From the NCBI GenBank assembly GCA_043228905.1, contig JBHGNT010000018.1, positions 4,154,001 through 4,218,000 of the forward strand: a DNA stretch of 64,000 nucleotides, in the 5' to 3' direction. The translations under genes and the position numbers were made by a program. Positions 63,395 to 64,000 of this stretch are shown in pieces. Each line of letters opens with the position of its first letter. Position 1 is the stretch's first letter. The notes below the pieces were generated by a model. That model was not told where the DNA came from, made no database searches, and was given only the letters and a program-made list of their open reading frames with translations. This DNA comes from Azolla caroliniana. Its lineage: Eukaryota; Plantae; Polypodiophyta.

Positions 63395-63670
63395 GTTTGA
63401 TGCAAAAAACACATGTTAAAATATTTCACGTTGTAGTATTATCCTTCACATAATGGTAACAATCATTGTGACAATCTTCATGTTTTAGATTGATGCACAA
63501 TGACATAACACTGCATTCATTAGAAAAAAGTTCCATGTTTTGTTCTAACACGCAATAACATAATGTTACATTCATTATAAAACACCGCCTTCATCTTTTA
63601 GTTTAATGCACAATGAAATAATGTTGCATTTACTATACAACATCTTCATGTTTTAGTCAGATGCACTGTA
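63395..63670. repeat. Degenerate ~55-58-bp tandem repeat, about 4 copies
   Basis: TGTTTTAG..GATGCACAATGA.ATAA...GCATTCATTA unit. Confidence 0.65.
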
Positions 63671-64000
63671 GCCATTCCTACTCCCACCTGAAGATATAAC
63701 TATATGATTTCACTTTCACTAAGTTGAAAGGTTTCTCATAAATCAAAATGCAACCCTACTGTTGTGGTTTATGTAACAGGATTCTATTATCATCTCTTAA
63801 ATAGCACCTTTATCTTCTCTATACAAAGCACCCAATAGCAGCCTTATACCCTAGAGTCTATATATGTTAATAAAATGCAATTCAGGGTTCTACCTCACGT
63901 GTCTCTCATCAGGTTCAAGTCTCAAGTAATGGATCTAAAGTTATGTTCATTATGAACACCTTCCCGTTTTTGTTTGATATTGTGCACACAGTAAGTTCTC

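Noticed and set aside
63884-63925. Further B-box-like motifs (GGTTCAAGTCTC)
   Set aside because: No A box or stem context visible; too short to support

Overview
Eukaryotic land-plant DNA; the retroelement lineages suggest a non-seed plant (fern, lycophyte or moss), which is inference. Positions 1-54000 are a nest of retroelements: Tcn1/Tf1-type chromoviruses (A, B, F), Phygy-like non-chromovirus Gypsy elements (C, D, G, H, a solo LTR; the tRNA-Trp PBS is seen in C), Copia elements (E decayed; I intact with a 1357-aa ORF, apparently identical 601-bp LTRs and a CCAAT TSD; J decayed), a LINE interrupted by Copia I, and small tRNA-derived repeats. Positions 55000-64000 hold a complete 3-exon family-1 UDP-glycosyltransferase (- strand) and the last four coding exons of a CIPK kinase (- strand), which the ORF track misses. 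Main signals: (1) tRNA-like A-box/B-box cassettes at fixed positions in the LTRs of unrelated Gypsy lineages, a possible tRNA analogue of the Cassandra 5S LTR; (2) Tf1-like self-priming complementarity that co-varies between two chromovirus families; (3) -1 frameshift signals, including G-GAU-UUU plus a stem or pseudoknot placed after the protease in the Phygy-like family; (4) a chimeric LTR joining two chromoviruses. All alignments and structures were read by eye; no searches were run.
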